Positions 60,790 through 64,000 of a stretch of DNA of 64,000 nt are shown in pieces; within the stretch, counting starts at the first letter, position 1, and each line of letters begins with the position of its first letter. Source of the DNA: an uncultured bacterium (GTDB lineage: Bacteria > Zixibacteria > MSB-5A5 > CAIYYT01). A program made the position numbers and the translations under genes. Where the stretch lies: contig CAVSCK010000003.1 in the NCBI GenBank assembly GCA_963726455.1, positions 128,001-192,000 on the forward strand, read 5' to 3'. The notes below the pieces were generated by a model that made no database searches, had not been told where the DNA came from, and saw nothing but the letters and a program-made list of their open reading frames with translations.

Positions 60790-61863
60790 GTGTTAATCGA
60801 GATTCTGTCATTCATCTTCGTTCTTGGACTGCTGATTTTTGTCCATGAGTTCGGACATTTTGCGCTCGCCAAAATGTCGGGTATTCGGGTCGAGACTTTC
60901 TCGCTGGGCTTTCCTCCCAAAATGATCGGCTTCCGCAAAGGCGACACCGAATATTGCATTTCCTGGATACCGCTGGGCGGGTACGTCAAGATGTCAGGTG
61001 AAAAGCCTGAGGAATCCGAAGTTCGCGGTGAACCGTGGGAATTCATGTCCAAAGCGGTCTGGCAGCGCGCGCTGGTGATACTGGCGGGGCCGGTGATGAA
61101 CTACATTCTCGCGGTCGTCATTCTGTTTGGAATCTATTTCCTTAAAGGCGAACCGGTATACGATGACACGAAAGCCGTCATCGGGCAAGTATTGAAAGAT
61201 AACCCTGCCGCCAAGGCCGGCATGCAGCCCAAAGATGTAATGATCGGCGTTGACGATTCGACGGTCAGCAGCTTCCAGCAGATGTATGATGTAATCACAA
61301 AACGTCCCGGACAGTCGGCGCGGTTGACCTGGCTGCGCAACCAGGACACCATGAGCGCGGTCGTGCAGATAAGATCGGACACCACTCTGAACGAAAAGGG
61401 TGAAGTTGCCGTGCTTGGGAAAATCGGCGTCGGTCGAGACGTTTCATATAAGCCGATGGGTTTCTTTACAGCAGCATCGGCCGGTTTCAGTATGACGAAT
61501 TTTTACGCCGGGATGATCTTCAAATTCCTCAAGGATGTTATCAGCGGCTCCGTATCCTCGAAGCTGATCGGTGGGCCGTTGTTCATCGCGCAAGCCGCCG
61601 GGGAGGCAGCCAAGCAGGGATTTCTGGAGGTCATGCTGTTGGCGGCGATTCTCTCGGTTAACCTATGCGTGGTAAATCTGATACCGATTCCCGTGCTCGA
61701 CGGCGGCCAATTGCTGTTCCTCGGCATCGAAAAGCTTAAAGGCAAGCCGGTTTCAATGAAGACCAGAGCGATCGCACAACAGATCGGATTTGTTTTTCTC
61801 ATTCTCCTGATAATCTTCGTGACCAAGAACGACATCTGGCGCATCAATATCTTCGGCTGGTAA
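60790..61863 (+). CDS. rseP: RIP metalloprotease RseP (M50, PDZ)
   Basis: HEFGH, IPLGGYVKM, AGPVMN, a PDZ domain and NLIPIPVLDGG. Follows dxr. Confidence 0.96.
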   Translation: MLIEILSFIFVLGLLIFVHEFGHFALAKMSGIRVETFSLGFPPKMIGFRKGDTEYCISWIPLGGYVKMSGEKPEESEVRGEPWEFMSKAVWQRALVILAGPVMNYILAVVILFGIYFLKGEPVYDDTKAVIGQVLKDNPAAKAGMQPKDVMIGVDDSTVSSFQQMYDVITKRPGQSARLTWLRNQDTMSAVVQIRSDTTLNEKGEVAVLGKIGVGRDVSYKPMGFFTAASAGFSMTNFYAGMIFKFLKDVISGSVSSKLIGGPLFIAQAAGEAAKQGFLEVMLLAAILSVNLCVVNLIPIPVLDGGQLLFLGIEKLKGKPVSMKTRAIAQQIGFVFLILLIIFVTKNDIWRINIFGW

Positions 61864-61916
61864 TCGGCGGCACCGGAATTCATACTCAACGAGCACACTA
61901 TTCGATTTCTATCTTG

Positions 61917-61978
61917 AATTTGCCTGCGGCAATTCCGCTTGCGCCGTCAATTTGATTGCCAATAATTCCTTCCGGCAA
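61917..61978 (+). promoter_or_regulatory. mntH promoter region with two candidate MntR/DtxR-type palindromes
   Basis: TTGCC-tgc-GGCAA (61920-32) and TTCCT-tcc-GGCAA (61966-78) flank a TTGCGC-N16-AATAAT promoter-like pair. Confidence 0.45.
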
Positions 61979-62026
61979 GCGTTCAACCTTAGCGTTGATG
62001 TTCACGCACCTTAACGGGGACCGCCT

Positions 62027-63400
62027 ATGGCTGAAGAGTTAGAGCCGAAAAGTGACATAGAATCATCCGAAAACGACGGTTGGAGACACCCCCGGGGGAC
62101 TCCCTCACTGCCCGAGTCATACGCATCCATTCCCGTGTCTGCCGCGGCGGGTTTCTGGCGTAAGCTGCTCGCGTTTACCGGTCCGGGACTCATGGTGGCG
62201 GTCGGCTACATGGACCCCGGCAATTGGGCGACTGATCTGGCAGGCGGCGCGAGATTCGGCTATACCCTGCTGTCAGTAGTCCTGATCTCCAACTTGATGG
62301 CGATGTTGCTGCAGCACCTGGCGCTCAAGCTCGGTATTGCTACCGGTCGCGATCTGGCACAGGCCTGCCGCGATCACTATTCTCCGACGGCGTCTTTTAT
62401 GCTCTGGGTACTGTGCGAAATCGCCATCGCCGCCTGCGACCTGGCTGAGGTCATCGGCTCGGCAATTGCGCTCAATTTGCTGTTTAGAATTCCACTCGTA
62501 ATTGGGATCATTCTGACGGCGTCCGACGTTCTGGTGGTTCTGTATCTGCAACACCGAAGTTTCCGTTATGTCGAATCCCTGGTCGCCGGGTTGATATTTC
62601 TGATAAGCGCCTGTTTCGCCTACGAATTGATCGCCTCCCAACCGCCGGTTCGGGCGATGCTGGGAGGACTGTTACCGACCTCGAAGATTGTCGTTGACCC
62701 GAGCATGCTGTTCATCGCGATCGGCATTCTCGGCGCTACCGTCATGCCACACAATCTCTATCTCCACTCCAGCATCTCGCAAACACGCGCTTACGAACGC
62801 AACAATGTCGGCAAAGCGATGGCTGTGCGCTTTGCAACGATTGATTCAACGGTCTCTCTGTTCTTTGCCTTCTTCATCAACGCCGCAATTCTCGTTCTGA
62901 GCGCCGCGGCATTTCATGGCAGTGGGCATCAGGACGTGGCGGATATCAGCAATGCCTATCAGCTCTTAAGTCCTGTGTTGGGAGCAACGTTGGCCAGCAC
63001 TCTGTTCGGCGTCGCCCTACTGGCCTCGGGACAGAATGCGACCCTCACCGGAACCATGGCCGGCCAAATCGTTATGGAAGGTTTCCTGGATATCCGTTTG
63101 CGTCCCTGGGTACGGAGATTGTTGACGCGGCTGATTGCCATTCTGCCGGCAGTCTTTGTGGCGGCCTTCTTTGGCGAGGGTGGTGTCGGAAAACTGCTGG
63201 TATTGAGTCAGGTCGTCTTGTCGCTGCAACTAACTTTCGCAGTCGTCCCTCTTGTGATGTTTACCAGCGACAAACTGAAGATGGGACAGTTCGTAAATCC
63301 GCGCTGGTTGTCCGTGACGGCATGGATCGTAACTGCGGTGATCGCGATTCTCAACGTATTTTTGTTGGGACAGGCGGTCTTTGATTGGATCAAAGGTTAA
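62027..63400 (+). CDS. mntH: Nramp-family Mn2+/Fe2+ transporter MntH
   Basis: [28 protein letters not shown] and GQIVMEGF motifs. Confidence 0.96.
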   Translation: MAEELEPKSDIESSENDGWRHPRGTPSLPESYASIPVSAAAGFWRKLLAFTGPGLMVAVGYMDPGNWATDLAGGARFGYTLLSVVLISNLMAMLLQHLALKLGIATGRDLAQACRDHYSPTASFMLWVLCEIAIAACDLAEVIGSAIALNLLFRIPLVIGIILTASDVLVVLYLQHRSFRYVESLVAGLIFLISACFAYELIASQPPVRAMLGGLLPTSKIVVDPSMLFIAIGILGATVMPHNLYLHSSISQTRAYERNNVGKAMAVRFATIDSTVSLFFAFFINAAILVLSAAAFHGSGHQDVADISNAYQLLSPVLGATLASTLFGVALLASGQNATLTGTMAGQIVMEGFLDIRLRPWVRRLLTRLIAILPAVFVAAFFGEGGVGKLLVLSQVVLSLQLTFAVVPLVMFTSDKLKMGQFVNPRWLSVTAWIVTAVIAILNVFLLGQAVFDWIKG

Positions 63401-63421
63401 TTTAGCTCTGCGAGGATGTAG

Positions 63422-63835
63422 ATGTATGAGAACATTCTGATTCCACTGGATAACAGCAAGACCGATGATGTGATTCTCGAACACATCCGGCCATTGGCGC
63501 GCCTCACCAAAGCGCGGCTAACGATCATCCATGTGGCTGACGGCTTTATGGCTCGCAATCAAAGGCAGCTTGGGGAATCCGAAGAAATGCGCCGTGATTG
63601 GGCGTATCTAACCGGCATCGAAGAGAAGTTGCGCGCCGACGGCTTTCAGGTGCGAGCGATTCTTGCTTGCGGGGACCCCGCCGAGCATATTCTCGCAACG
63701 GCTGAAAGTGTCAAGTGTGATCTGATCGCCATGTCGACACATGGTCATCGAGGTATTTCCGATGTCATTCTGGGCAGCGTATCCTCGCAAGTACGTCACC
63801 GCACGCGCATACCGGTCTTGACGGTTCGCGCTTAG
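63422..63835 (+). CDS. Universal stress protein
   Basis: ILIPLD.S, GDPAEHI and DLIAMSTHGHRG..GSVS motifs. Confidence 0.92.
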   Translation: MYENILIPLDNSKTDDVILEHIRPLARLTKARLTIIHVADGFMARNQRQLGESEEMRRDWAYLTGIEEKLRADGFQVRAILACGDPAEHILATAESVKCDLIAMSTHGHRGISDVILGSVSSQVRHRTRIPVLTVRA

Positions 63836-63855
63836 ATGCCGTCATCGTAAAGGGG

Positions 63856-64000
63856 CTACTTCTTCCCCCCAGCGCCACTGTCGACCGGGATGGCTGACTC
63901 ATCTCCCTGATAGTCCGGCTTCGACACCACTTGCTTGAAATCATAGTCGCGATTCTTGACGTCGAGTAGAGGCGCCATGCCGCCGAGCATCACGTCGGTC
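63856..64000 (-). CDS. C-terminal fragment of an unidentified protein running off the window
   Basis: Open frame ...TDVMLGGMAPLLDVKNRDYDFKQVVSKPDYQGDESAIPVDSGAGGKK-TAG, convergent with usp. Confidence 0.5.
   Translation of the reverse strand, partial: TDVMLGGMAPLLDVKNRDYDFKQVVSKPDYQGDESAIPVDSGAGGKK

Noticed and set aside
61864-62026. yybP-ykoY or other riboswitch upstream of mntH
   Set aside because: No recognisable aptamer consensus, and the putative leader is short.
1-64000. CRISPR arrays, IS elements, integrases, prophage genes, rRNA
   Set aside because: No spaced direct-repeat array and no such coding motifs were seen. Nearly all of the sequence is explained by the listed genes.

Overview
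A 64-kb chromosomal window from a diderm bacterium, most likely an FCB-group lineage such as Zixibacteria. This is inferred from the lpxC-fabZ fusion, T9SS PorU/PorV, the Bat operon and a C-terminal dockerin-like repeat. From left to right it contains: (1) a minus-strand run tetR-tolC-MFP-RND-bshC-bshA-bshB1-selC-selA-selB-(amidohydrolase), joining an efflux pump, bacillithiol synthesis and selenocysteine decoding; (2) a ~29-kb, 19-gene co-directional cluster of porU, porV (with a ~720-aa insertion), an M6 protease with a T9SS CTD, two DUF5683-like proteins, an NHL lipoprotein, a ~1100-aa SprA-reminiscent barrel, Omp85, a DGGGPS-like UbiA, a BatD-like protein, moxR, DUF58, a GT-C glycosyltransferase and batABCDE, headed by a highly structured 5' leader; (3) a dockerin protein, a polyprenyl synthase and a vWA protein; (4) a lipid A operon with a gnnA-like gene, followed by nadB and guaA; (5) ppi-dxr-rseP and mntH-usp. 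Five genes carry single-base indels (eight in total), which are probably assembly errors. No CRISPR array, transposase, integrase or rRNA was seen. All family calls come from motif recognition by eye; no database searches were run.
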